A stretch of 64,000 nucleotides of DNA. It comes from a virus. Every line of letters starts with the position of its first letter. Position 1 is the stretch's first letter. Shown here in pieces: positions 17,083 to 26,940 of the stretch. A program made the translations under genes and the position numbers. The notes under the pieces were generated by a model, which was not told the DNA's origin, ran no database searches, and worked only from the letters and a program-made list of their open reading frames with translations. The stretch spans positions 5,376-69,375 of IMG/VR virus record IMGVR_UViG_3300046543_000451; one strand, given 5' to 3'.

Positions 17083-20000
17083 GCGGTGTTGCCTCCCCCG
17101 TCAAGGACGTTGCCCGCGCTCGACCAGAAGTTGCCGCCCGAGTTGTAGGTGCCCCGCGACAGCGGGCCGCAGGACCCGTGGCCGTTCGACCCCGAGACGA
17201 CGCCCGAGGCGTTGTTGTTGGGCAGGTCCACGATCGCGTCGACCGTGGCGTCGCAGTTGGTCCCGTTCCAGCCGCTCATCGTGACCCCCGTGGCATCCCC
17301 CCAGATGTAGGCCCAGCGGTGGAGATTCGAGACGGTCCAGTTGTTGGCTGTCAAGCCACTGATGTTCGGGTTGTGGAAGGTCTGGAGGCCGTTGAGGGTC
17401 CGGGCTCCGTCACCGACCACGGTCCAGTCGTTGGCCGTGAGGTTCGTACCGTGGTGGACGAGATCGGAGTTGACGTAGAGGCAATGGCTCTGGTTCTGGC
17501 TCGCGACACCGGAGCAGTTGACGATGTTGAAGCCGTTGAGGGTCATGTGGTCGACCCAGCCGGTGAGGATCAGGCCGAACGAGCCGATGTGGTAGTTCTG
17601 GATCGTGAAACTGCCGCCGGTCCCAGCCGGATCGAAGGTGATGTAGTCCATGACGAAACCCGGCGTGCCGGGGCCCGGCAGCGCGTTGAAGTTGAACGGG
17701 CCATTCGTACCGGCGCCCAGTCCACTCCCGTCCCAGACCACGTTGGCGCCCGAGGCTGGCCGGATCGTCAACGGCCGTGCGGCGCGGCTGACGTTCTTGA
17801 TGTCGAGCTGCCAGTTGTCGTACTGGCCATCCTGCATCTCGATGATGTCGTAGGCCATGTTCCCGAACAGGGAGAGGAAGGCTGCTTCGGTGTTCGGACC
17901 GGTTCCCGGGAAGAAGGCGATGGCGCCGGTCGCGAAGACAGGCGGCAGCGGTCCGGTCGCGGTGTAGGTCGCCGAGACGGTGGTCGTGTCGGAGATCGGG
18001 GTCGCGAGCGTGACCACCCCGGTCGAGGTGTCGACGGTGTAGTCCGTGTTCTCGGCCAGTAGGGAGCCACCGACAGACAGTTTCAGGGAGCCGGTCGCGA
18101 CCGTCCGGGTCAACTGCATCAGGGTGTCGCTGAGATGGCGCAGGATTTCCGTGAAGCCGCCGCCGGAGACCGGGCCCGGGGCCGTGTAGGTGCAGTTGGT
18201 CGGGCCGTTGCCGTTGAAGTCGACCCAGTCGATATTGACACGAGGCACTTCTGGCTGCGGCACGAGGCCGCCGCCGCTATTGGTGCTGATGCCGGTCGGA
18301 CCCGTGATGACCACGCGGTTGATCGTCATGTCGATCGAGACGGGCGTCGTCACGTCCCAAGCATCAGGCTCGACGTCGACCCAAGCCCAACGCTTGGTGC
18401 GAACCCGGGAGTGACTCGGCTCCCACGAGAGCTTGTAGACCATCCACTCGCCACCCGGGGAGTTGACCGGGCACGTCCCGATGTTCGAGTCGTTCTTCAC
18501 CGTGGGCGACGTCGGGCCGTCCATGATGAGCGAGAACTGCTCTCGGGCGGTGCCGGACGTCGGGGTCGGAGCGATCGGGAACTGGTACTTGATAGTGATG
18601 AACCAGTCCGAGGAGCCCATGGCCGGGCCACTGGTCAAGCGTGCGCCGAAGGACTCGGACGGGACGCCGGCCGTTCCGTAGGCGGTGTCTTCCATGACGC
18701 CGCTGCCATTGATGACGCCAAACAACTGGGGGGTGTTGCCGGCGATCGTGTGCCACTGGAAGCCGTTGAGAGAGGTGCTTCCCCAAGCGGCGTTGCCCGG
18801 TGAGACGACGCCATTCGTCAGGGGCAGGAACCGGTCATCGAAGGTGTCGAAGACGTTGGAGAAGTCGGTGCAGACATAGGACGGCGGAACGGTGGTGTTG
18901 GGCGGGACGATGGAGCCGAGCGAGATGCCGGGCAGGGCCGGCAGCTTCCAGCGGAACGGGTCGAAGAACGACCACGGCACGTCGATCTCGTGGGACAGCG
19001 TCAGCTCGTAGCGCGGCACGTCCGGTGCCGGGAAGGTGACCTCCATCTTGCGGATGGGAATGACGGTGTCGTAGCCGAAGACCTCGCTCGTGAAGGCAAC
19101 CTTCTGGGCCGGCAGCAAGCCGTCCTCGAAGGTCACCAGCGTCACGGCGATCCGGTCGTCCTTGGCACCCCGGTGGTGCTCTGGGCTGCCGTTCAGGATG
19201 GAGTCTGCGATCCGGTTGATCGTGCTCTGCTTGTAGACCCCGAATGTCGTCTGGCCGAGCTGCCACAGGCCGTGCTCGGTCTGGCTGGTGGCATCCTGCG
19301 CCCGGGTGAAGACCGGGACGTTGCTGCCGTAGCCGGCGCCCCACGCGAGCACGTCGTTGGCGAGGTTCGTCCCGTCGAACAGGACTTCCATCTCACGGTA
19401 GCCCTTGGTCGTCACCCCATCGGGCACGTCGGACAGGCCGAACGGTGCATCCGGGGTGTCGGCATCGACGTAGGCGAACTCCCAGTTGGGCCGGATGTAG
19501 TAGATCGAGGCGGGCAGCGCGGTGATGCTCTGCATCGCCTGACCCCACGTATCGCTGCCTTCCCACGCCCGCGCCTGCTGGTCCTCGTTGATCCGGGCGA
19601 CCGCCTCCACGCCGGTCGAGGTATCGAGTCCGTCACCGGTCAGGTCGAGCCAGCCCGCGAACAGGTCGCCGATCGCGGTGACGTCGGGGGTGAAGGGCGG
19701 GTAGAGGGGCGCCAGTACGTTCGCCGGGTCCGACTGGTTGAAGACGATCCGTCGGGCGAACAGGGTATTGAGGTCCGTCCCGACGATGTCGAAGAACCGG
19801 GTCGGCCCGAAGTCGTCCACGTTCAGCGCCGGGAAAGCGTAGACACGCTTGACGTTCGTCACGAACCCCGTCCAGACCCGACCACCGTTGATGATGAGTT
19901 CGAGGCTCTGGCCGGGGACGTAGCTCAGGACGCCAAGATCGTCACGGACCCGGATGCTGGCCTCGCCGGGTACGCCGTTGACCGCCGACATGAAGCGGGC

Positions 20001-20564
20001 CGTCTCGAACAAGACTGCCCCTGCCCCGAGGATTTCGACCACGTTGGCGCCGTCGATGAAGATGGCCGGACCGGTCGTCGTGGGCGTGCTGTGCTGGATC
20101 GCGGCATCCGTCGCGCTGACCGAGTCACTGGTCGTTCGGTGCAGGATGGCCGTGCGAGTCGCGATACCAGATGCAACGACATGGTCAGTCGTCGAGAGGA
20201 CGTACCCGCGAACGACCGTGTCGCTGGTGGAGATGGCCTCGGTGGCCGAGCGGTGGAGGACAGCGGTCCGCCGTGCGACGTCGACCGCGAAGACCGTCGC
20301 CTGCGTGGCGGTCCGGCTCTGCCCGCGCGACCGGATCGCGACGTCACTGGTCGAGATGGCCTCGGTCGTGGTCCGGGCGACTTGGTTGATGACCGCGACA
20401 TCAGATGTCGTGACGGTCTGGGAGACCGTGCGATGGAGCGACGCGCTCCGGGTGGCCGACTGGGACGCGGTCAGGGAGTCAGTGGCAGTCCGGGTGACAT
20501 TGTTGCCGGCGTCCTCTTGGAACGCATCACTCTGGAAGGCGTTGGACTGGAACGCCCCAGCCAC
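17079..20564 (-). CDS. Large tail-tip protein: Thr-rich repeats, hub domain and C-terminal beta-helix
   Basis: Immediately after the tape measure; AFQxxAFQ start, about 7 repeats of TxxxxxxDxAxR, hub domain, Asn/Gly-rich beta-helix. Confidence 0.8.
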   Translation of the reverse strand: MAGAFQSNAFQSDAFQEDAGNNVTRTATDSLTASQSATRSASLHRTVSQTVTTSDVAVINQVARTTTEAISTSDVAIRSRGQSRTATQATVFAVDVARRTAVLHRSATEAISTSDTVVRGYVLSTTDHVVASGIATRTAILHRTTSDSVSATDAAIQHSTPTTTGPAIFIDGANVVEILGAGAVLFETARFMSAVNGVPGEASIRVRDDLGVLSYVPGQSLELIINGGRVWTGFVTNVKRVYAFPALNVDDFGPTRFFDIVGTDLNTLFARRIVFNQSDPANVLAPLYPPFTPDVTAIGDLFAGWLDLTGDGLDTSTGVEAVARINEDQQARAWEGSDTWGQAMQSITALPASIYYIRPNWEFAYVDADTPDAPFGLSDVPDGVTTKGYREMEVLFDGTNLANDVLAWGAGYGSNVPVFTRAQDATSQTEHGLWQLGQTTFGVYKQSTINRIADSILNGSPEHHRGAKDDRIAVTLVTFEDGLLPAQKVAFTSEVFGYDTVIPIRKMEVTFPAPDVPRYELTLSHEIDVPWSFFDPFRWKLPALPGISLGSIVPPNTTVPPSYVCTDFSNVFDTFDDRFLPLTNGVVSPGNAAWGSTSLNGFQWHTIAGNTPQLFGVINGSGVMEDTAYGTAGVPSESFGARLTSGPAMGSSDWFITIKYQFPIAPTPTSGTAREQFSLIMDGPTSPTVKNDSNIGTCPVNSPGGEWMVYKLSWEPSHSRVRTKRWAWVDVEPDAWDVTTPVSIDMTINRVVITGPTGISTNSGGGLVPQPEVPRVNIDWVDFNGNGPTNCTYTAPGPVSGGGFTEILRHLSDTLMQLTRTVATGSLKLSVGGSLLAENTDYTVDTSTGVVTLATPISDTTTVSATYTATGPLPPVFATGAIAFFPGTGPNTEAAFLSLFGNMAYDIIEMQDGQYDNWQLDIKNVSRAARPLTIRPASGANVVWDGSGLGAGTNGPFNFNALPGPGTPGFVMDYITFDPAGTGGSFTIQNYHIGSFGLILTGWVDHMTLNGFNIVNCSGVASQNQSHCLYVNSDLVHHGTNLTANDWTVVGDGARTLNGLQTFHNPNISGLTANNWTVSNLHRWAYIWGDATGVTMSGWNGTNCDATVDAIVDLPNNNASGVVSGSNGHGSCGPLSRGTYNSGGNFWSSAGNVLDGGGNTA

Positions 20565-23500
20565 TTAGCCGATCCCTCTGAGCCCCTTCAGCGAGGCATC
20601 GCGGCCCAGTGCCTTCGTGACGGCCTGCGTGACCTTTTCGAGACTCGCCTGCGAGTCGGTGTGAATGTCGCCGTTGAACTGGACGACCACGCTGCCGCCG
20701 CCGTTGCCGCCGAAGCCGTTGACGGCGCGCGGATTGCGGAGGATCGCGACTGTCTCGCCTTGGGCCTCACCGACGGTCATGGTCGTCTTGCCGGTGGTCG
20801 TCCCGACGAAGCCGGACGCGAAGTGCGGCGTCAGGTTGCCACTCTTGCCGTTGTCGTAGTAGGAGCCGATCGCCGCGAACTTGGCGAGTTGGCTGCTCAG
20901 ACCCTTGATGACGATGCCGAACTGGGCCAGCACCTGCACCGCGACCGTCTCCAGCGCCTTGCCCGCGGCGGCTTCGAGTTGCTGGATGTCGGCGAACGCC
21001 TGACCGACCAACTTGTCCACGGCGTTCAAGTAGGTCTGGACCTTGGCGACGTTCTGCTGCTGGAGTTGCTGGAGCCGGAGGAGTTGCTGCTCGCGGGCGG
21101 CCGTGTCGATCGTGACCTGTCGGCCACGGGTGAGCAAGGCGATCTGGCGGACGAGGTCGGCCCCTTGGCGGAGGTTGCCGATGTCGACGATCTTCACCTG
21201 ATTGGAGAACTGCTGCTTCTGGATGTTCAGTTGCTTCTGGGCGTACTCGGCCTCGATCTTCGCCTCGGCGATCCGGGCCTGCCGCTCCTCCGGGGTGATG
21301 CCCGGGGCTTGGAACCCGGCGAGGGCCTGCTGGAAGTTGATCTGGCGCTGGGAGAGGTTGAACTGGAGCTGCTGGCCCTGCCGTGACAGGAGCAAGTTCT
21401 GGTGTTCGAGGATGCCCAGCTCGGACTCGCCGGCGCCGAGGTTCTTTCCGATCAGGCCGCCGATGTCGGACAGGTTGCGCTTGGCGATCAGGAGTTGGAA
21501 GTTGTACTGGGCGACCTGATACTGGGCCTGCTCGTTGCTGATCCCGGCTTGGATGCTGGCGATCTGCTGGCCGGTCGCCTTGACCGCGTTGAGGGCGGCA
21601 TCAAACGCCTGACCGGCGGCCTGACCGAAGTTCTGGACGATGGCCGGGCGGTAGGTATTCTCGATGATGTCCTGACCCTGAGCGTAGTAGGCGTTCAGTT
21701 GCTGCTGTTCGGTCTGGGCGGCCTTCAACTGGCCGACGACCTTGCCCTGATCCGACCGGGCGATACCGGTCCCGACCGGAACGTTCGGGTTGGCAAGCGC
21801 CGCGAGGGCCGCCTGTGCGGGCAACTGCGTCCCAATGGCGAACTGGGTCTGGCGGTTGGCCGCCGCGATCTCGCTGGGACGGACATATGCCTGCTGGGAC
21901 TGGATGGCTGGGAGGTTGGCGGCAGCCTCGCGCTGGCGCTGCTGCTCTGCGAACAGGTTGGCTCGCCCCAACTGCTCGGGCGGCGTGATGCTCAGGCCGA
22001 TGCCAACCTGCTCCAAGCCCTTCGTGGCATCCGTGACTGACGTGGTGAAGCCACCGGGACCGACAAGGACTTCGTTCGACTTGGCCGCGAGGTCCTTCAG
22101 TTCCTGCGGCAAGTTCGAGTTGGCGACGCGCTGTGCCTGATCCCCAACGGCCTGCGCGAAGTGAAACGCCTCCTTGGTCGAAAGACCTTGGGCCTGCGCC
22201 CCACGCTTGGCGGCTTGGTTGTAGGTATCCTCCAACTTCGCCCGGTCATCGGCCAGTTGCGCCAAGCGGGCGGGCCGCTGGTCGTTCGGGGTCTGGAGGT
22301 TCTGCTGCTGCTGCGAGGTCAGGTATTGACGGCCGATCGTTGGTGTCTGCGGCGTGATGAGTCGACCCGATGAGAGATCGCTGACCGCGCTCGTGATGTC
22401 GCCGAACGAACTCTTGATCGTCTCAGCCAGACCGGCTCCGCCACCGAGTTGCTGGGCGAACAGCGCACCGCCGCCAAGTCCACCGTAGCCGCCGAACAGG
22501 CCCTGTGGGGTCTGCTGGTTGGCCCCGATCGCCGCCCGGAACAAGCCACCGGTCTGACCTGCCGCCGCCGCGCCGGCCTTGACCTGTGTCGTCAGCCTCA
22601 ACTGGTTGTCGATCGCCTCTGCGGCGCTGCTGGAAAGACTCGCCTGAGCATCTGCGGTCGCCAGCACGGCATTGACATTGCCGTGGGCCGCTGCTGTCTG
22701 CTGGGCCAGTGCCTGCGTGACCTTGTTGCTGACCGCTCCGAAGCCGGACGCCTTGTCAATGGCGTCGCCAATGGCCGGTGCGACAGCCGAAAGGCCGACA
22801 TCAACGATCTTGATGGCAGCACCGAAGGCCAGACCGGCGGCCGTGACGGCGAGCAGGTTCCGGGCAAGGTTCAGCGGGTTCTTGCTGAACTTGTCGAGAT
22901 TGGCCTGCGCCTTATCCTGTCGTTCGAGGGCAGCCGCCTCATCGGCAAGAGCCTTCTTGTAGTCGGGCCGCTGGCGGATGGCCTCAGCCTCTTTCCGTAG
23001 CGTGTCAGCCCGACGCCCGCCGACGACATTCGCCTCGGCTTCCTTGTCGATCGCCAGCTTGTCGATGCTGGAACGGAAGGACGTCGCCGAACCAAGGTCA
23101 CGACTTGATTCCGACAACTCCTTCTCCAGCCGCAGGCGCTCGCGTCCCGGGCCGATGATGAATCCGCCAGCGGTCGACGCCGCCGTGCGCTGTGTCCGGC
23201 CGGCGGTGAGGATATTGGCCTCGTTCCGGGCGGACAGGACGTCGGCGTTCCGCCGGATGGCGGCCTGCTGGATTTCCCGGTTGGCCTCCGCCCGCCGGAT
23301 CGTTCGCTCCTCACGAAGCGCCTGACTCCTGAGGCGGTTTTCCTCGTTGACACGCGCTCGGGCCACGACCTGCTCGACTCGAACCTGCTCGCGGTCGGTC
23401 AGGGGTGACGTCCGTGGGGCCGGGCGTGGACCGAGCCCCGGCAGGATGGATTGCGGCTGGTTCGGCTGGTCGTCCCGACCGGGGACATAGACCACGGCCG

Positions 23501-24302
23501 AGGTCTGAGCAGGGGTTCGGAAGACCCGGTTGCTCCGGGTCAGCGCGTCCTGATCGAGTTGCGGCGTTGCCGGACGTCCCTCGTCTTCGGGCGCCGGTCC
23601 AGCCACTGCAACCCGCCGTCCTCGTCCACCGCCGCCGCGCCCACCACGACCGCCAGCGCCAGCAGCGGCCGGGGCAACAGGAGAGGCTGCGATCTCCTTC
23701 AGAGTGGCCGCAATGTCGTTCAGGGTCCCGAGGACGGTCTGGAGTTCGGCATTAGCCGCTTGGGCAGGGATGTGGAGTTCGAGCGGCTTCTCGCTCTGGA
23801 CTCGCAGTTCGTTGATCTGCGCCGTCACCTGCTGGGTCGAGACATGGACCGGGATGTCGACTGGCTCGTCGCCCAGCGTCTTGGCGATCTGTGCTCGCAT
23901 CTCGGGGCTCTTGATGTCCCCGAGTTCGATCCCCTTCGTTTGTCCGGCCCCGCCACGGAGCCCGAGGGCGCTGGCTTCCTGCTCGGCCCTTCGGAGCGCC
24001 TTGACATTGCTGGCACTGAGGGCGCCAGTCAGCTTGGCGAGTTGTGCCTCGATCGCATGGAGTTCAGGAGATGCTGCGGCTGCGGCTGGAGTTCCGACAG
24101 TCGTGGACGCCGCAACCGCCCCACCACGCTGGGCCTGAGCAGCCGTCGGCTGCTGGACCTGTACGCCGATCGTCGCGAAGCGGGGTTCCTTGGCCCACGC
24201 CTCGATGATCCGGTCGGCCTCCTCCAGATCGCCGGGCAGGCGGGAATGGGAGGCACCGATTTGGACGCTGATGCCGCCGATATCTTCGGCTTCCATATTC
24301 AT
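20565..24302 (-). CDS. Tape measure protein
   Basis: 1245 aa, Ala/Gln-rich and helical; C-terminal HFASG...VGEAQGETVAI; follows the chaperone. Confidence 0.87.
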   Translation of the reverse strand: MNMEAEDIGGISVQIGASHSRLPGDLEEADRIIEAWAKEPRFATIGVQVQQPTAAQAQRGGAVAASTTVGTPAAAAASPELHAIEAQLAKLTGALSASNVKALRRAEQEASALGLRGGAGQTKGIELGDIKSPEMRAQIAKTLGDEPVDIPVHVSTQQVTAQINELRVQSEKPLELHIPAQAANAELQTVLGTLNDIAATLKEIAASPVAPAAAGAGGRGGRGGGGRGRRVAVAGPAPEDEGRPATPQLDQDALTRSNRVFRTPAQTSAVVYVPGRDDQPNQPQSILPGLGPRPAPRTSPLTDREQVRVEQVVARARVNEENRLRSQALREERTIRRAEANREIQQAAIRRNADVLSARNEANILTAGRTQRTAASTAGGFIIGPGRERLRLEKELSESSRDLGSATSFRSSIDKLAIDKEAEANVVGGRRADTLRKEAEAIRQRPDYKKALADEAAALERQDKAQANLDKFSKNPLNLARNLLAVTAAGLAFGAAIKIVDVGLSAVAPAIGDAIDKASGFGAVSNKVTQALAQQTAAAHGNVNAVLATADAQASLSSSAAEAIDNQLRLTTQVKAGAAAAGQTGGLFRAAIGANQQTPQGLFGGYGGLGGGALFAQQLGGGAGLAETIKSSFGDITSAVSDLSSGRLITPQTPTIGRQYLTSQQQQNLQTPNDQRPARLAQLADDRAKLEDTYNQAAKRGAQAQGLSTKEAFHFAQAVGDQAQRVANSNLPQELKDLAAKSNEVLVGPGGFTTSVTDATKGLEQVGIGLSITPPEQLGRANLFAEQQRQREAAANLPAIQSQQAYVRPSEIAAANRQTQFAIGTQLPAQAALAALANPNVPVGTGIARSDQGKVVGQLKAAQTEQQQLNAYYAQGQDIIENTYRPAIVQNFGQAAGQAFDAALNAVKATGQQIASIQAGISNEQAQYQVAQYNFQLLIAKRNLSDIGGLIGKNLGAGESELGILEHQNLLLSRQGQQLQFNLSQRQINFQQALAGFQAPGITPEERQARIAEAKIEAEYAQKQLNIQKQQFSNQVKIVDIGNLRQGADLVRQIALLTRGRQVTIDTAAREQQLLRLQQLQQQNVAKVQTYLNAVDKLVGQAFADIQQLEAAAGKALETVAVQVLAQFGIVIKGLSSQLAKFAAIGSYYDNGKSGNLTPHFASGFVGTTTGKTTMTVGEAQGETVAILRNPRAVNGFGGNGGGSVVVQFNGDIHTDSQASLEKVTQAVTKALGRDASLKGLRGIG

Positions 24303-24616
24303 CAGTCACCTCCTTCCCGCTGCGGATCGCCCGGCTTCCAGATCACGGACGAGCCCTTGCGCTCGCCCGTTTCCATCCCGGCGAGTCGCATGACGTCTTC
24401 GAGGGTCACCCCGTAGTCGGCCACGATGTCGGCCCACGGGGTGTTGTTCTTGATCGCGGCCTTGACGTACGAGTCGCGCTCGGCCTTGATCGCGTCGGCG
24501 GTGAACCGTTCCATGCGCCTCAGTTCGCGCATGGGCAGGTGACCTAGATCGTCGGGGATGCGTCTCCACCATCGGGCGACGTTGGCCCGGCTGATCCAGC
24601 CGGCGGAGTAGGGTTT
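24302..24616 (-). CDS. -1 frameshift extension of the tail chaperone (GT-like)
   Basis: Slippery A AAC CCT at 24616-24610; the -1 frame is open to the tape-measure start. Confidence 0.72.
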   Translation of the reverse strand, partial: KPYSAGWISRANVARWWRRIPDDLGHLPMRELRRMERFTADAIKAERDSYVKAAIKNNTPWADIVADYGVTLEDVMRLAGMETGERKGSSVIWKPGDPQREGGD

Positions 24617-24948
24617 GCGTCGTCGATCGAGTTCAGCTTGTTGAACGCCCGGAGCATCGTCGTGTACTTCCGGCCGCCCCACTTGCCGACCCGATCGGCT
24701 CCGGTTGCCGGTTCGACAATCGACTTCGCGAGCAGGAACCGCGTGTTCAGGCGGTTGTTGGTCTTGGTGCCCTTCGAGGGGTCTTTCGGGTCAAGCGGCT
24801 CCTGTGCCGCCTCGAAGATGTCGTCACCCTCGTCGACACTGAGTTCGCGCAGGGTCCAGAGAGTTCCCTCGTAATCGAACGTCTCGGTCGCGTAGGTCTC
24901 GCCATCGACCACGACCGTTCCCGGGCCGATCTCGCGCTTGTCTGCCAT
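24544..24948 (-). CDS. Tail assembly chaperone (G-like)
   Basis: WTLRELSVDE...LLAKSIVEP; lies between tail tube and tape measure. Confidence 0.8.
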   Translation of the reverse strand: MADKREIGPGTVVVDGETYATETFDYEGTLWTLRELSVDEGDDIFEAAQEPLDPKDPSKGTKTNNRLNTRFLLAKSIVEPATGADRVGKWGGRKYTTMLRAFNKLNSIDDANPTPPAGSAGPTSPDGGDASPTI

Positions 24949-24963
24949 GTCGTTCTCCCTCTG

Positions 24964-25317
24964 CTATGAACGAAGCGGGGCGGTGTCGAACGCGGAGATG
25001 TTCTCCAGTTCGAGCATCCCGTCGTCGTTGACCTTCCACTGGTCCCACTCGACGATATCGATCTGCTCCTTCCCCTTGGACGGGCTGTTGATGTAGACCC
25101 GGACGCGGCCCTTGATCGTGCCGTTCTGGCACATCTTCATCAACATCGGCTGCTGCCACGAGAACCACGCCCGGAAGCGCAGTTTCGGGCGGCCGTCGGG
25201 GTAGACCCCCGAGCGGGTGATCGTCCAGCGGGCGATGATGGCGACCTTGGCTCCCCCGAGCCCGGTGATCTCGCCATCGGGTCCCATGATCCGGCCGAAG
25301 CCGTCAGGTCCAAACAT
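24964..25317 (-). CDS. Hypothetical protein in the tail module
   Basis: GAGGGAG RBS, 117 aa. Confidence 0.7.
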   Translation of the reverse strand: MFGPDGFGRIMGPDGEITGLGGAKVAIIARWTITRSGVYPDGRPKLRFRAWFSWQQPMLMKMCQNGTIKGRVRVYINSPSKGKEQIDIVEWDQWKVNDDGMLELENISAFDTAPLRS

Positions 25318-25338
25318 CTATCTCCCTCAAACCGAGAG

Positions 25339-25409
25339 ACCCCCTGCCACGCAGGCAATAGAAACCAGCGGGGATCGGACCGCCAGTCTACGCCTGCGTG
25401 GCAGGGGGT
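25339..25409. repeat. Perfect 18-bp inverted repeat downstream of the HNH gene
   Basis: ACCCCCTGCCACGCAGGC (25339-25356) and its reverse complement (25392-25409), 35-nt loop. Confidence 0.9.
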
Positions 25410-25416
25410 TGGGACG

Positions 25417-25926
25417 TTAGTTGGTTTCTTCGGGCAAGTGCTTCCAACGCACTCGCCGGTTGATCTGCGTCACGGTAACGCGGGATACGCCGAACGTCTC
25501 GGCCACGACGGAATGAGAGACGCCATTCGCGCACAAGCGACGAATGGCGTAGACCTGATCGACTGTCAGGCGGGCGTTGTGGTGAGCTACGCCGGGCCGA
25601 GGATTGATGTTGGCCTTCTTGCGGCCCTTGCGATAGGCGTCCCGCATGTTGTCGCCGTGCGTGCCAGCCCAGAGATGGCTTGGGCGGACGCAGGGTGGGT
25701 TGTCGCAGGTGTGGCAAGCCTCACGGCCGTTGAGCGGTCCGTTGATCTGCTCGTACACCCAGCGGTGAACCGAGACCTGCTTGCCCCAGTTGTCGACCGT
25801 GCTTGCGTATCGGCTTGGCGATCTGGACCACGGCCATGTGATGCACTCAGGCCCTTCGCCGACCGTTCTCAGATATGCGATGAACTCCATCCGACGAGTG
25901 AGCGTCGAGATGGTCCGCTTCGGCAT
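25417..25926 (-). CDS. HNH homing endonuclease with C-terminal HTH
   Basis: ECITW, VHRWVY, CHTCDNPPCVRPSHLWAGTHGDNMRD, NARLT..QV..IR...A..FGVS. Confidence 0.92.
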   Translation of the reverse strand: MPKRTISTLTRRMEFIAYLRTVGEGPECITWPWSRSPSRYASTVDNWGKQVSVHRWVYEQINGPLNGREACHTCDNPPCVRPSHLWAGTHGDNMRDAYRKGRKKANINPRPGVAHHNARLTVDQVYAIRRLCANGVSHSVVAETFGVSRVTVTQINRRVRWKHLPEETN

Positions 25927-25928
25927 TG

Positions 25929-25980
25929 CTACCTCCTGTGACAGTCAGCCACGCTTGCGGCATCGTATCACAGGAGGTAG
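25929..25980 (-). promoter_or_regulatory. 13-bp hairpin sequestering the HNH ribosome-binding site
   Basis: On the - strand CTACCTCCTGTGA (25980-25968) pairs with TCACAGGAGGTAG (25941-25929), which holds AGGAGG just before ATG 25926. Confidence 0.78.
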
Positions 25981-25994
25981 TAGCCTTGCTAGCC

Positions 25995-26426
25995 CTAGGC
26001 CGAGATGGTCCAGTTAGCGGAGGCACGGAAGGCCCCCGTGGCCTTGCACATGTCGTTCAGGCTGATGTCGACGGTGGCGTCGAGGAAGCCCGAACCGTGC
26101 GCGACCTCGTACGGCGCACCGGCAAGGGACGAAGCGCCCTGACCGGTGTCGCTGTAGAGGTAGATGAGCTGCGCGCCGAGGGCCGCCGCCCGGACGAGGT
26201 TGTCGCCCGAGAGGTCGAGCAGGCCGGCCCATGTGCCCTGCGAGTCACGAAGGCCGGCGAACCAGCGCTTGTTCGTGTCGCTGAAGGCCGACCCGTCGAA
26301 GAAGTCGCGGGTGTTGCTGTAGGTGAACTGGGTCTTGGCTGCGACCAGCGTGCCACCGCTGCTGATCGGGCCGCCAAGGACGATGCCGCCGTTGATACCG
26401 GCAGCACGAATGTCCGTGTTCGCCAC
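25995..26426 (-). CDS. Major tail (tube) protein
   Basis: FDGSAFSDTNKRWFAGLRDSQGTW; position after the tail terminator; AAAGGA RBS. Confidence 0.75.
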   Translation of the reverse strand: MANTDIRAAGINGGIVLGGPISSGGTLVAAKTQFTYSNTRDFFDGSAFSDTNKRWFAGLRDSQGTWAGLLDLSGDNLVRAAALGAQLIYLYSDTGQGASSLAGAPYEVAHGSGFLDATVDISLNDMCKATGAFRASANWTISA

Positions 26427-26448
26427 GAGGGCGTTCCTTTCTCGGCAA

Positions 26449-26940
26449 TCAGCCGATGGTGCTGGTCAACGTCACCGCGAGGGTCCGGTTGACCGGGTTG
26501 GATTGCGCCACTTGGACCGAATAGATGCCCCCTTGCTGGAACACCGTGTCGGTCCCGTCCGGGGCCGCGTCTACCAGTGAGTACGTCGAGACGCGACGGC
26601 AGACGAGCGAAGTTAGCCCGCCTTCGAGGTCCAGCCTTGCATCCTGCAAGGTGGCGAACACGAGCTGGTCGAGGCTGGCTGCCTCGCCCTGTGTCTTCGA
26701 GAACACGCCGACGTCGATCCCGCTGACGGTGACCCACCCGCTCCAGTCGTACTCGCCCGGCGAGTAGTGGAGTTGGTAGATGCCACGGGGGAAATCCGTG
26801 TCCTTCGGGGCAACACCCTCCGACCATCCTCCCGGCAACTGGCCTTCGAGGACCAGATTGGAACGGAGGAGCCGGGTGAATGCCTGCCGGATATAGACCC
26901 ACGGATCGACCAGAGCAATCGGCGCTGCAAGCGTCATCAC
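26449..26940 (-). CDS. Tail terminator/completion protein
   Basis: GVAPKDTDFP...IDVGVFSKT..EA; synteny. Confidence 0.7.
   Translation of the reverse strand: MMTLAAPIALVDPWVYIRQAFTRLLRSNLVLEGQLPGGWSEGVAPKDTDFPRGIYQLHYSPGEYDWSGWVTVSGIDVGVFSKTQGEAASLDQLVFATLQDARLDLEGGLTSLVCRRVSTYSLVDAAPDGTDTVFQQGGIYSVQVAQSNPVNRTLAVTLTSTIG

Noticed and set aside
18990-21386. 798-aa + strand ORF and similar antisense ORFs (3201-5060, 52457-53827, 54304-55584)
   Set aside because: Antisense to well-supported genes, with no motifs; expected at high GC
25318-25994. Group I intron around the HNH gene
   Set aside because: Flanking genes look complete with their own starts and stops, and the non-coding flanks are short with no recognisable core; kept only as a hairpin-flanked free-standing HNH
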